Source: a virus (Duplodnaviria; Caudoviricetes). From it: a stretch of DNA of 38,746 nt. Position 1 is the first letter of the stretch. Every line of letters begins with the position of its first letter. A program made the position numbers and the translations under genes. Positions 9,994 to 18,320 of the stretch are shown in pieces. The stretch spans positions 1-38,746 of IMG/VR virus record IMGVR_UViG_3300043173_000166, one strand, 5' to 3'. The notes under the pieces were generated by a model that did no database searches, had not been told where the DNA came from, and saw nothing but the letters and a program-made list of their open reading frames with translations.

Positions 9994-10977
9994 TTATATA
10001 CCTATTCCGATGCCGCATGATATCTTGCAATTATAGCCCGAATAGGCGCTAGAGACTGGCGTTACTTCGAGTGTTTGTGTGGCCCAATCACCCCATGATA
10101 CGCCATCATGCGCCCTTACATCAAATGACTCGCCGTCCCATCCACCGTCAATCTCAATGGATGCGTCAGTATTTACTGTGACAGCATACCCGCTAGGCGT
10201 TGTTACCGCTTCATATTCGAGAGTATCGTCTGTTGCTAGTTCTGGAATGGCGTCTATGTAGCCATCGCCTGAGACGGGTGAAACTAGAACAACTGTGGGA
10301 TTTCCTGCCTCAGCAGCAAAGACAGCGAAAGCTACGGCAGCAACCGAATCAGCGGCATCTGTACCGTTATGACTTACTGTCCAAGTGTATGTTTCAGCCG
10401 AGGAAGCAACAACCGCATCTGCTGCGACAGCTGTTCTTAAATCGTTCAAAGGATCGTCGTTGAGTTCAGTAGCGGCTGCGCTTACAACATGATTACCACC
10501 AGAGCCTGTGTTTACATCAGCACTCACTAAGTAGGTTACCGCATACTCACCAGATTGACTATTTAGTGTGACTTGTATCGCACCGGCATCTGCAACATCA
10601 TTAGCGCCGTTTGTTGCCAAGGCGCTTAGCGGTGTTGTCTGGTGCATCCCAGTATATTCAAGAACTTCGTGGGTTATAGAATTAGGGACCGATCCACTCC
10701 AAGCAGTGTCAAGCGCGAACGGTCCTGCACCGGGGTTTTGGGCGTCAGAGAACCAACTCACTGATGTGAGAGCATCAAAAGCACCTGCGACATTGAAGTT
10801 AGCGTGAACAGTGCCACTTACGCCGTCTAATGTAATCCCGGTCAGGGTTCTATCCGAGGCCCGCAATGCTGTAGTAATAACCAAAATGCCACGAAGCGAC
10901 CCGGTTCCTACAACCGTAATTGTCTGCGGCGAAGTGCCGGGTGTGTAGATATTGTTGTCAACAGGAACTAATGCCAT
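9994..10977 (-). CDS. Putative head fibre / surface adhesin
   Basis: Beta-rich A/T/G/V composition, C-terminal ISCGIGIGI, adjacent to spike base. Confidence 0.55.
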   Translation of the reverse strand: MALVPVDNNIYTPGTSPQTITVVGTGSLRGILVITTALRASDRTLTGITLDGVSGTVHANFNVAGAFDALTSVSWFSDAQNPGAGPFALDTAWSGSVPNSITHEVLEYTGMHQTTPLSALATNGANDVADAGAIQVTLNSQSGEYAVTYLVSADVNTGSGGNHVVSAAATELNDDPLNDLRTAVAADAVVASSAETYTWTVSHNGTDAADSVAAVAFAVFAAEAGNPTVVLVSPVSGDGYIDAIPELATDDTLEYEAVTTPSGYAVTVNTDASIEIDGGWDGESFDVRAHDGVSWGDWATQTLEVTPVSSAYSGYNCKISCGIGIGI

Positions 10978-12788
10978 TACCAAGTTTTCCCTACGGTTAT
11001 GGTTTCCTCTAGCTCAGCAGGCCATTGGGTATTTATACCAAGGTCAATATCCCCGTGGGTTGGCCTGTAGAATCCATTGCTCAACACCAACAAGGGATCG
11101 GCAGCAGTTATACCGCTCGGTGTGCTGATTCCAATAGGCGTGTTCATTACAACGCCATTGAAAGTAATCCCGCTAATAGCTGAAATCCCATCGTTAATAC
11201 CAGTCGTGCAATCGTAAGCGTCCCCGAAGTGGCTATGCGTGGTGATTGGATTCGTGGATGCTGTGCGGTATGAGAGCCCGAGCCCACAATTGCGGCCAAT
11301 ATTCCCCACAAACAAACAATTTGATGAAGCGTAATAATTACTCTCATCACTTTCTCTCGACTCGAACATAGGACGCATTGTGCTTTCTGAGCTATTCAGG
11401 TTGTCCATGTAATTCAGGGCTAAAACGTGATCCCCGCCGCCAATAGAGCCATTGATCCTGATCCCGCCAGCATCATTATTTGCACCGCCATAAAACTGAT
11501 TGGTTATTAAAAAACAGCCTCGGGTTTTGCGCAGAACAAGTTGGCCGGTACTGTTGGTATATTTGTTTGACCAGAATATGTGACCATCGGATTTTACATT
11601 CGTCAAATGTATTCCACCAGCTGCCTGTGCTGTGTTGTTGTCTTCGATGTGATTATGGTCGATCATACATCCCGAGAATTCAAAATTATCCTCGTTATTT
11701 CCTGCTCGCATTGTCTCGCCAACATTGGCGTTCGGGGTGGATGCGTGCTGATAGAGCAAGTGGTTATGGTCAGCTCGGTTCATATAAGATGTTCCGGCGC
11801 TTGCATACAACCCAATAAACGCGGCCTCCCCGGTTCTATCCTCCATGGTGTTGTGATCGAGTCGGTTATATTTGCCTTCACACCGTATCCATAAATCCTG
11901 AACGGTATCATCGGAGTAATCACATCCGTCAAAATGATTATTTGTTATTCGGTTGAACTCACTGGCTTCGTCAAGCTGAAATTTGTGTAGAGTAGAGTTC
12001 GTCAGCGGAAGGGTAAACCCTGTAACAGTACATCCAGTGGCATTGATGAGATTGCATTGACCGTTTAGATTTACACTACCAAATACATCCGCAGCTACTG
12101 TTATTCCTGTCCTGCCATTTATGGTTATATCTGCGCTGTGCGTACCGGCTTCTAGAGTTAGCACAGCACCAGGCGAGGCCAAGGCTATAGCGGTGTTGAT
12201 CAAGGTCACTGTGGCGTAGGATGTCTCCCCAGTAATTACAGGAACATCAGCCCAGTATGTCGCATCATTGTCCGGTGTTGTGGGGCTGGCAATATCAATA
12301 ACTTCGTACAATTTGGGTCTTGTGGTAACAGCCACCCCTGTGGCAATCATAAACCCGCCGATCAGATAAGTTCCGCGTTTCTCATAATCTGAATGGGCCC
12401 AAGTAATGTCGTACTGGACATTGGCTGTAAATGATCGTTGCCAGATTTGACGAAGAACGCCATCAGACGGGGTAAATGTATCGGTTGTGTCGGTCCAGCC
12501 ATTACCTACTGTTAGCCATGAGGGTTTTTCATTTTGGGTATTGTCGTGGGCATAATAAACGGTCGTATTGGTATCGACCTCGATAGACGTTTGTCCACTT
12601 TGCTGGACCTGATTGAGAGCAAGAACCCTGACGCCTTGCATGGCATTGTACGGAGAGGGTAGATCACCCCATGTAACTTCGGTGTCGGCGGTCATTAACG
12701 CAGAAGAGGATTGAATCGGCAGACTACCCCATACATCACCACCATGGTCATAGCCGATATGTGATTTTGCAGTTACGTCTGTAGCCAT
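10977..12788 (-). CDS. PL6-family (chondroitinase B/alginate lyase-like) beta-helix protein with N-terminal extra domain
   Basis: AIALASPGAVLTLEAG, NRLDHN, NRADHN, GETMRAG, NVKS, LVLR, GGIRING motifs; start probably MATDV at 12788. Confidence 0.75.
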   Translation of the reverse strand: MATDVTAKSHIGYDHGGDVWGSLPIQSSSALMTADTEVTWGDLPSPYNAMQGVRVLALNQVQQSGQTSIEVDTNTTVYYAHDNTQNEKPSWLTVGNGWTDTTDTFTPSDGVLRQIWQRSFTANVQYDITWAHSDYEKRGTYLIGGFMIATGVAVTTRPKLYEVIDIASPTTPDNDATYWADVPVITGETSYATVTLINTAIALASPGAVLTLEAGTHSADITINGRTGITVAADVFGSVNLNGQCNLINATGCTVTGFTLPLTNSTLHKFQLDEASEFNRITNNHFDGCDYSDDTVQDLWIRCEGKYNRLDHNTMEDRTGEAAFIGLYASAGTSYMNRADHNHLLYQHASTPNANVGETMRAGNNEDNFEFSGCMIDHNHIEDNNTAQAAGGIHLTNVKSDGHIFWSNKYTNSTGQLVLRKTRGCFLITNQFYGGANNDAGGIRINGSIGGGDHVLALNYMDNLNSSESTMRPMFESRESDESNYYASSNCLFVGNIGRNCGLGLSYRTASTNPITTHSHFGDAYDCTTGINDGISAISGITFNGVVMNTPIGISTPSGITAADPLLVLSNGFYRPTHGDIDLGINTQWPAELEETITVGKTW

Positions 12789-12938
12789 TTTAAACCACCG
12801 TGATACTGACAATTGTGGTTGCTGTAATCGCCACCTTGATCAATAGCCATTAAGGTTGTTGTTGATTTTAGCAGGCCGCTCATATTAGCTGCTCAAAACA
12901 TAATTTATCTCATGTGCAAGGTAATACTGTAAATGCGT

Positions 12939-13298
12939 TTAATCACATACCTCGACAATAGTAACTGTGTTTTGGAATACAGGAGGAAGCTCTAATCCTG
13001 CTGAGTTGGTCACCTTGAAATTATGCTGATACTGTCCTGCGTCCATCGTCATATCAGCTTGAAGCAGGGTCGTTTGAAACACGTTGATAGGATCGCCTGC
13101 GCTATCAGTGTCTGCCACTACCGCTATTTCAGATAGGCTCAGCTTCTTTGTAACGAGTACTACGCTGCAATCCTGATTGAATATCTTATATACCGCCTCT
13201 GTGAAGTCTGACGCATCAATCGTTACTGTCGGGTCTTCTTCCTCAGTAATTTGCGTTTTGAAGGTTTGGTCGCTGTTGTTGTATAAGTTATTGGCCAT
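12939..13298 (-). CDS. Ig/BppU-N-like small structural protein
   Basis: 119 aa, beta-sandwich pattern (ADMTMDAGQYQHNFKVT). Confidence 0.5.
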   Translation of the reverse strand: MANNLYNNSDQTFKTQITEEEDPTVTIDASDFTEAVYKIFNQDCSVVLVTKKLSLSEIAVVADTDSAGDPINVFQTTLLQADMTMDAGQYQHNFKVTNSAGLELPPVFQNTVTIVEVCD

Positions 13299-14024
13299 TT
13301 AGCAGTCCGTCCGAATAGTGCCATCAAATTCTGTTGATTTTAGTGTTCCTTGGTAATTGGCGGTCTTTAAATCACCATTGAACACTGATGATACGCCAAG
13401 TATACCATTAAACTCAGTATCTGTAATTGATCCATCAATCTGTTGATCTGCTAACTTTCCGTTTAATGTAATGTCAACTAACGTGCCTGGAAAGCATGCT
13501 ACTGATACTATCGTAGCTGGCGGTCCTGTTGTGCCTATTCCCGATGTTGTTGAAGATTGGCTTTGTAATGCGCCCGATCCTGTCTTAACTACCTGTGCGA
13601 CACCGGCTGTGGTGGCATTCTGGGCCTGTAATGCCCCTGTACCGGTCTTTTCTATCTCACCTGTGCCATTTGTGCTCGCGTCTTGAGCTTGTAGCTCTCC
13701 GCTACCTATTGCGCCTGTAGATACTGTCCCTGTGCCTGCTGTGGTTGCGTCCTGAGACTGTAAAGCACCCGATCCAGTCTTTCCTACTTCAGCCGTTCCT
13801 GATGTTGTAGCTGATTGAGACTGTAATGCACCAGAGCCTGTTTTCTCTATGGCTCCTGTGCCTGCAGTAGTCGCGGCTTGTGCGGCTAACGCGCCAGAGC
13901 CTGATATTGCTACATTACCTGTGCCTGCCGTACTAGCATCTTGAGATTGTAGTGCGCCTGATCCCGTTATCCCTGGAGCTGCACCGCCTACAGCTATCCA
14001 GTGCGCTGTATGACGAATGCTCAT
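13299..14024 (-). CDS. Repeat-containing fibre protein
   Basis: Seven ~21-aa GSGALQ(S/A)Q.ATT.GTG repeats plus six 9-10 aa C-terminal repeats. Confidence 0.7.
   Translation of the reverse strand: MSIRHTAHWIAVGGAAPGITGSGALQSQDASTAGTGNVAISGSGALAAQAATTAGTGAIEKTGSGALQSQSATTSGTAEVGKTGSGALQSQDATTAGTGTVSTGAIGSGELQAQDASTNGTGEIEKTGTGALQAQNATTAGVAQVVKTGSGALQSQSSTTSGIGTTGPPATIVSVACFPGTLVDITLNGKLADQQIDGSITDTEFNGILGVSSVFNGDLKTANYQGTLKSTEFDGTIRTDC
13530..13964 (-). repeat. Degenerate ~63-bp coding tandem repeat (7 units)
   Basis: Encodes GSGALQSQDASTAGTGNVAIS-like units. Confidence 0.8.
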
Positions 14025-14351
14025 TTATGACATGTCCACTACGGCCCAATCAAAGGTGCGGCTGGTTCCTGTTGCTTGCTCTAACGTAAATACTGCTTCT
14101 TCGACCACCGATACAGGAATACTCTGAATAATAGGCTCGCCCACTACATTTTTATAGGTGGCTTGGAAGGCTAATCTAGTTGTTCCTGTTGATCTGACTT
14201 TCAGCTTCACCCGTAGAATAAGCTCATCGCCCAGAGCCAAAACATTGGTATCAACTAATAATAAGTAATTGCCTGCATCTGTAACGGTTGCAAGCGAGTG
14301 CTCTGTAGTGACTGTGGCTACTTGTGAGCCTTCCGCTTTATTACTTGGCAT
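14025..14351 (-). CDS. Small beta-sandwich hypothetical (putative adaptor)
   Basis: 108 aa ORF, translationally coupled within the cassette. Confidence 0.6.
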   Translation of the reverse strand: MPSNKAEGSQVATVTTEHSLATVTDAGNYLLLVDTNVLALGDELILRVKLKVRSTGTTRLAFQATYKNVVGEPIIQSIPVSVVEEAVFTLEQATGTSRTFDWAVVDMS

Positions 14352-15169
14352 TATAAGACTCCATTAAGGGATACTGTAAGAATCCTGTCAACAGCATCTG
14401 TTATAGTGCATTGGGACCTTACTGCTATTCTTGTTCCTGCTGGTATGCCTTGAGGTACAGGGATTGATATCTTTGTTGGTTCTTGAGCATGCTGTGCAAC
14501 AAGAATATCAGGCAATATAATCTCTTCGACTCCAGGGCCTCCTATAGCTATGTCTAAAAGCCATTTACAACTAGTATGCGCTACGTTATCCGCAGTCCCA
14601 AAACATATAATAAACTCAGTTATATCATCGCTAGTGGACGACTCCAATTCTGCGTAAGCCCCTTTCGTATTTGCTGTTCCTCCGGGATCAACCGTGGTAC
14701 CTTCACTTATTTCCGTCCCATCCATCCCATACGCAATTGTTCCCGCCCGTCCTTGTGGCGATCCAAAAGAAGCCGAGTACAGATAGAGAGCAACACCCAC
14801 ATCTATATTTACACCATCTGTTGCTGCCTGTACAGACACCCTTGATCCTTGTGGTATTGAAACAGGAATCCAAAATACCAACCCTGGAAGATCGGCTTTT
14901 ATTTGTCCATTAATAGAATCAACGATTATCTCTTCATTTCCTGCTCCACCAATACCCACATTAACGGCTATCTCGTTCATAGTCGTATCATTCAGTTCGA
15001 TAAGTAGGAGAAACCCATCTGCCTCTTGATTGGTGCTTGTGATTCTCTCTGACCACCCTCCGAAGGCATCAGCATTGCCAGAAGTAACGGTTTGCAGAAG
15101 AGATGTAGCAGTGACAACACCGCCACTTTCAGAGAACGTCATTCCTTTTGGTATGGGGAAATCGCTCAC
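14351..15169 (-). CDS. Internally duplicated two-domain beta protein
   Basis: Two copies of IGG.G.EEII...IP.G.R..V. Confidence 0.65.
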   Translation of the reverse strand: MSDFPIPKGMTFSESGGVVTATSLLQTVTSGNADAFGGWSERITSTNQEADGFLLLIELNDTTMNEIAVNVGIGGAGNEEIIVDSINGQIKADLPGLVFWIPVSIPQGSRVSVQAATDGVNIDVGVALYLYSASFGSPQGRAGTIAYGMDGTEISEGTTVDPGGTANTKGAYAELESSTSDDITEFIICFGTADNVAHTSCKWLLDIAIGGPGVEEIILPDILVAQHAQEPTKISIPVPQGIPAGTRIAVRSQCTITDAVDRILTVSLNGVL

Positions 15170-15546
15170 GCTAGAATCTCCGCTGCTCTGCCCGCTTCAT
15201 CAAGTTTCCCGGCAGATTCCATAGCGTTGACTCTATTGATTATTCTAGTGTCAGACCGGTCTATTACCTGAAAGCTCATGGCTTTTAAGAGGGCGGCAGC
15301 TTTAGGTATGGTGGCAGCAGCTTCAACGAGGTTTTCTTGTTCTGTCTCCGAGAACCTATTCCAGAATGCTTCACCAGATTCACGCATGTCAACAGGGCGG
15401 GGATCAAACGATAGTGTTGAAGTGTTCCATATTCCAGCTTCGTCGCCATCAGGTAGTGTGACTACTGATCGCCCCGGCCCGGGTGTTATTGTCGCGGCGC
15501 TGGAGCTTAGCAGTTTTCCGGTAGTTGTTTCGTATAAGTGATTCAT
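15166..15546 (-). CDS. Putative fibre assembly chaperone
   Basis: FWNRFSETEQ...AGKL...RAAEILA; resembles 31765..32127. Confidence 0.5.
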   Translation of the reverse strand: MNHLYETTTGKLLSSSAATITPGPGRSVVTLPDGDEAGIWNTSTLSFDPRPVDMRESGEAFWNRFSETEQENLVEAAATIPKAAALLKAMSFQVIDRSDTRIINRVNAMESAGKLDEAGRAAEILA

Positions 15547-15550
15547 GGCA

Positions 15551-15919
15551 TCACACAGGAGCAGTATAAGTCAACGAACTCATCGAAACAGTATCGCCAG
15601 CACCCACAGATAGACTTGATAGGTTAATATCGCCGCCCGAAGTCTGTACGTTACCTAATACTCTGGCTGTAGTGTCGTTTGATTGAATCTCAAACTTAGC
15701 CACTGTTCCACCTGTTGCGCTGGTATCGCTGGTGATTGAGTTAAACGTCAGTACTGCACCAGATACCGTGCCTGCTGGGTCTGATAGGGTTAGCGTGGCT
15801 ACTTCTACAGCTCCGCTGGTTTGAAATTCTAAAACACCAGCACCTACATCGATATCTATCTCTGCTAGTACTGCGTCGGATATTGCGTTACGTGTCAAAC
15901 TTCCGTGCGAAACTGTCAA
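15551..15919 (-). CDS. Putative fibre subunit (122 aa)
   Basis: RNAISDAV...GAGVLEF...TLTLSDPA...GGTVAKF...GDINLSS...GDTVSMSSLTYT; type often seen next to repeat proteins in phages. Confidence 0.55.
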   Translation of the reverse strand: MTVSHGSLTRNAISDAVLAEIDIDVGAGVLEFQTSGAVEVATLTLSDPAGTVSGAVLTFNSITSDTSATGGTVAKFEIQSNDTTARVLGNVQTSGGDINLSSLSVGAGDTVSMSSLTYTAPV

Positions 15920-16079
15920 GTTGTAGCCTCTCTTGCAAGATGATCTCTTGCTCGGTTTGGGTTAATTCGTTCCAGAACTCTGGAGCTATGTCGAATATGT
16001 CGTCAAACTTTGGCTTGCCGGAGCTGTCTCGAACGAGGAAGAAGCCCTTGAAAGTTCCTTTGTCTGCGCCCAGATTCAT
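15888..16079 (-). CDS. Hypothetical protein
   Basis: GGAGG RBS; LVRDSSGKPKFDD. Confidence 0.6.
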   Translation of the reverse strand: MNLGADKGTFKGFFLVRDSSGKPKFDDIFDIAPEFWNELTQTEQEIILQERLQLDSFARKFDT

Positions 16080-16114
16080 CAATAACCTCCAAATACCCTG
16101 TATTATACCGTAAA

Positions 16115-16534
16115 TTATTGAAGTGTTGTAGTCGCCGTATTGGGTGTTGATGATCGCAAGCCTTCAGCGTCAACCGTCCATAGGCTAAAAGTGATTTCAC
16201 CAGCAGGCAGTCCGTTGACAACAAAGCTAGTCTGGTCGCGCGGTATTTCAAAAGATCGATCAATATATTCTAGCAGGAAATGGGATATTTCGGAAATTGG
16301 TAGCGGGTCGCCATTCTCCCGCTGCGTCGGTGCTGTCCATGTCAGTGTTACGCTAAAGTTCTCAGGAGCCTTTTTAACGCATTTTACCGTTAACCCTGCG
16401 CCTTGTATGGTTGAGTCAGGTAAAACCACGTAGCGAGCGCCCTGCGGCCTTACAATGGATATTTGATAGCATGGAAGTATTAAGTTAACAGATTCTTGGA
16501 TTGCCTTATATTCATTTGCTGATTCAAAATCCAT
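16115..16534 (-). CDS. Fibronectin type III domain protein
   Basis: VTLTWTAPTQRENGDPL...GLPAG...TVDAEGLRS. Confidence 0.7.
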   Translation of the reverse strand: MDFESANEYKAIQESVNLILPCYQISIVRPQGARYVVLPDSTIQGAGLTVKCVKKAPENFSVTLTWTAPTQRENGDPLPISEISHFLLEYIDRSFEIPRDQTSFVVNGLPAGEITFSLWTVDAEGLRSSTPNTATTTLQ

Positions 16535-16543
16535 TTACTTCTC

Positions 16544-16990
16544 CTACAATCCTTTCATCATTTCGCTTAAAGCTTTCCTTCCTGCCTTCTTGCGCTTCGA
16601 TATCGCGCCCTGGTCGGTTATTTGCGGTGCAGGCTTGTATTGGATATAGGCTTGGGAGTTTGTCCCGTCTGGGCTGATTGTCTTCGGTAGGCATAATTGT
16701 CTGAACTCCTGCGCATTAGGTGGCCATGTGTCTTTACGGTTAACGAGATTATTTAATCCATCCTTAATTTGATCGGGTGTAACTTCCTTCAATAACAATT
16801 CCCAGCTCTCCGGTATCGTTTCCCCGTACTGGCTGACTAACTGATGCCCGTAAATCTCGGCAAGCCTCAGCCATAGGCGGTCCATCACCCTCTCGGTCTT
16901 GGCGCGCTCTCTCTCGTTGATCTCCGGCACCTTTAACCCTATCGACTGCGCTGGATCGTCTGACTTGATTAGGTTTTTGATATGCTGCAT
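16544..16990 (-). CDS. Lambda P-like helicase loader
   Basis: LW..L.EIYG...W...L...QIKDGL...WPPNAQEFRQLC; downstream of initiator-like gene. Confidence 0.65.
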   Translation of the reverse strand: MQHIKNLIKSDDPAQSIGLKVPEINERERAKTERVMDRLWLRLAEIYGHQLVSQYGETIPESWELLLKEVTPDQIKDGLNNLVNRKDTWPPNAQEFRQLCLPKTISPDGTNSQAYIQYKPAPQITDQGAISKRKKAGRKALSEMMKGL

Positions 16991-17354
16991 TACTGCCCCC
17001 TTTTAATGGGAATAATCCTTGGTAATCGTTTTGTATCGAGTTATCTATAATCTGCTGCTGTTGTTCTGGGTCGTATTCTTTGAGTAGCTTAAATTGTTTG
17101 TTCGCCGCTGCCTTCGTGATTGTTTTGTGCTTGTCTATCCTTCGGTATGCTTCCCACTCTGTCCAGGCTGCCAGGTTGATCTCTGGCGGGATTTCTAAGG
17201 CTTCTTTGGGCTTTGCCTTCATTATGCATTTAATGGGCTTGTAAGCGCTTAGGGCGGCTTCTATGTGCTTTGTAATGTCTCCGTGTTCGTTGCTTATCTG
17301 TTCTAGTGCGTCTAATAGGTTGTTGTCTATCCTGAACGTACGGACTGTTTTCAT
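16764..17354 (-). CDS. Replication initiator-like protein with N-terminal ribbon-helix-helix
   Basis: MKTVRTFRIDNNLLDALE (RHH-like); W.EW..YRR...IIDNSIQNDYQGLF (O-like C-terminal domain). Confidence 0.6.
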   Translation of the reverse strand: MKTVRTFRIDNNLLDALEQISNEHGDITKHIEAALSAYKPIKCIMKAKPKEALEIPPEINLAAWTEWEAYRRIDKHKTITKAAANKQFKLLKEYDPEQQQQIIDNSIQNDYQGLFPLKGGSNAAYQKPNQVRRSSAVDRVKGAGDQRERARQDREGDGPPMAEACRDLRASVSQPVRGNDTGELGIVIEGSYTRSN

Positions 17355-18214
17355 TTAACCTCCATTATTGCTCGGCCTATTATTTCGGGTATTTGTGGCA
17401 CTACTGCGTTTCCGAGCTGTTTAAGTCTGTGTGACCGTCTGGGAACCCCATCAGCCACTCGACCCACTGGGGATTCAATTGCCCACTGCCCTCCGATATT
17501 GCCATCTCTGTCGCAAGATCTATCTGCCGACCTTTTTCTATTCGATTCTTGTAATAAGGCATGGATTTGTTGTGATAAGAGTGCTTTCCTAGTCCCGCAT
17601 TCGGGGTTGCCCATTTTTTGTGGTGTATCGCCTGACTCAGAGTGCATCGTCCTGGGTTGTTCTCTCTGCTTGGTGACAGACCCTTCTCTGCTTTCTCGCT
17701 GGCTCTTGGGGTAGGCAATAATCCAGACCCTATCTCTGTGATGGTGCGCGCCAAGTTCGGAAGCCGATATACAATGCCATTCTGCATCGTACCCGATCGA
17801 GGCCAAGTCATAGAGAAATTGTCCAAACCACCGTCCTTGCTCTCCAGTAAGGAGTCCTGTGACGTTTTCAAAAATTGCGTATCGTGGCAAACACTCGCCA
17901 ACAATTCTAAGCATTTCCCGGTATAGGCTTGATCTTTCGCCGTCAAACCCTGCTTTTTTCCCAGCGACTGATACATCTTGACAGGGGAATCCTCCGCAGA
18001 GAACATCGATATCTGTGATTCCGTCATTGTCTAGCCTCTCTTTGGTTAATGTTCTTACATCGTCATAAATCGGAAGTCCTGGCCAGCGTTTGGCTAATAC
18101 TTTCTGAGCGTTCTTGTCAAACTCGCAAAAGGCTACAGTCTCCATTCCTGCGCGTTCAAGACCCAAACTGAAGCCGCCTATCCCGCTGAATAAATCAAGA
18201 ACCTTCATAAACAA
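17351..18214 (-). CDS. DNA (cytosine-5) methyltransferase, alpha chain
   Basis: FSGIGG (motif I), GFPCQD (IV), ENV (VI), RDRVW (VIII), LGNAV (X); motif IX not evident. Confidence 0.92.
   Translation of the reverse strand: MFMKVLDLFSGIGGFSLGLERAGMETVAFCEFDKNAQKVLAKRWPGLPIYDDVRTLTKERLDNDGITDIDVLCGGFPCQDVSVAGKKAGFDGERSSLYREMLRIVGECLPRYAIFENVTGLLTGEQGRWFGQFLYDLASIGYDAEWHCISASELGAHHHRDRVWIIAYPKSQRESREGSVTKQREQPRTMHSESGDTPQKMGNPECGTRKALLSQQIHALLQESNRKRSADRSCDRDGNIGGQWAIESPVGRVADGVPRRSHRLKQLGNAVVPQIPEIIGRAIMEVK
17401..18027 (-). CDS. Nested alternative-frame methyltransferase beta chain (motif IX)
   Basis: 208-aa ORF inside the MTase gene with WPRSG, LLPTP, WATP and LNPQWVEWLMGFP. Confidence 0.7.
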   Translation of the reverse strand: MTESQISMFSAEDSPVKMYQSLGKKQGLTAKDQAYTGKCLELLASVCHDTQFLKTSQDSLLESKDGGLDNFSMTWPRSGTMQNGIVYRLPNLARTITEIGSGLLPTPRASEKAEKGLSPSRENNPGRCTLSQAIHHKKWATPNAGLGKHSYHNKSMPYYKNRIEKGRQIDLATEMAISEGSGQLNPQWVEWLMGFPDGHTDLNSSETQ

Positions 18215-18232
18215 TCCTTATTTGTTTCACTT

Positions 18233-18261
18233 AATGTAATACGTGTATTGCAATACGTCAA
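18233..18261 (-). promoter_or_regulatory. Promoter of MTase/replication operon with palindromic operator
   Basis: TTGACG-N17-TACATT; spacer holds GTATTGCAATAC palindrome (18244-18255). Confidence 0.7.
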
Positions 18262-18320
18262 GGTAATTTATCTTATTTATTTATAATATTTCTTACTGTT
18301 AAATTTAATCCATAGAACAA

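Noticed and set aside
13530-13964. CRISPR or DGR template repeats
   Set aside because: In-frame coding repeats with synonymous divergence; no reverse transcriptase in the window
1555-15541. Many plus-strand ORFs opposite the virion and cassette genes (e.g. 1555..2181, 5288..5731)
   Set aside because: Antisense shadows of well-supported minus-strand genes; S/P/V-rich, no motifs
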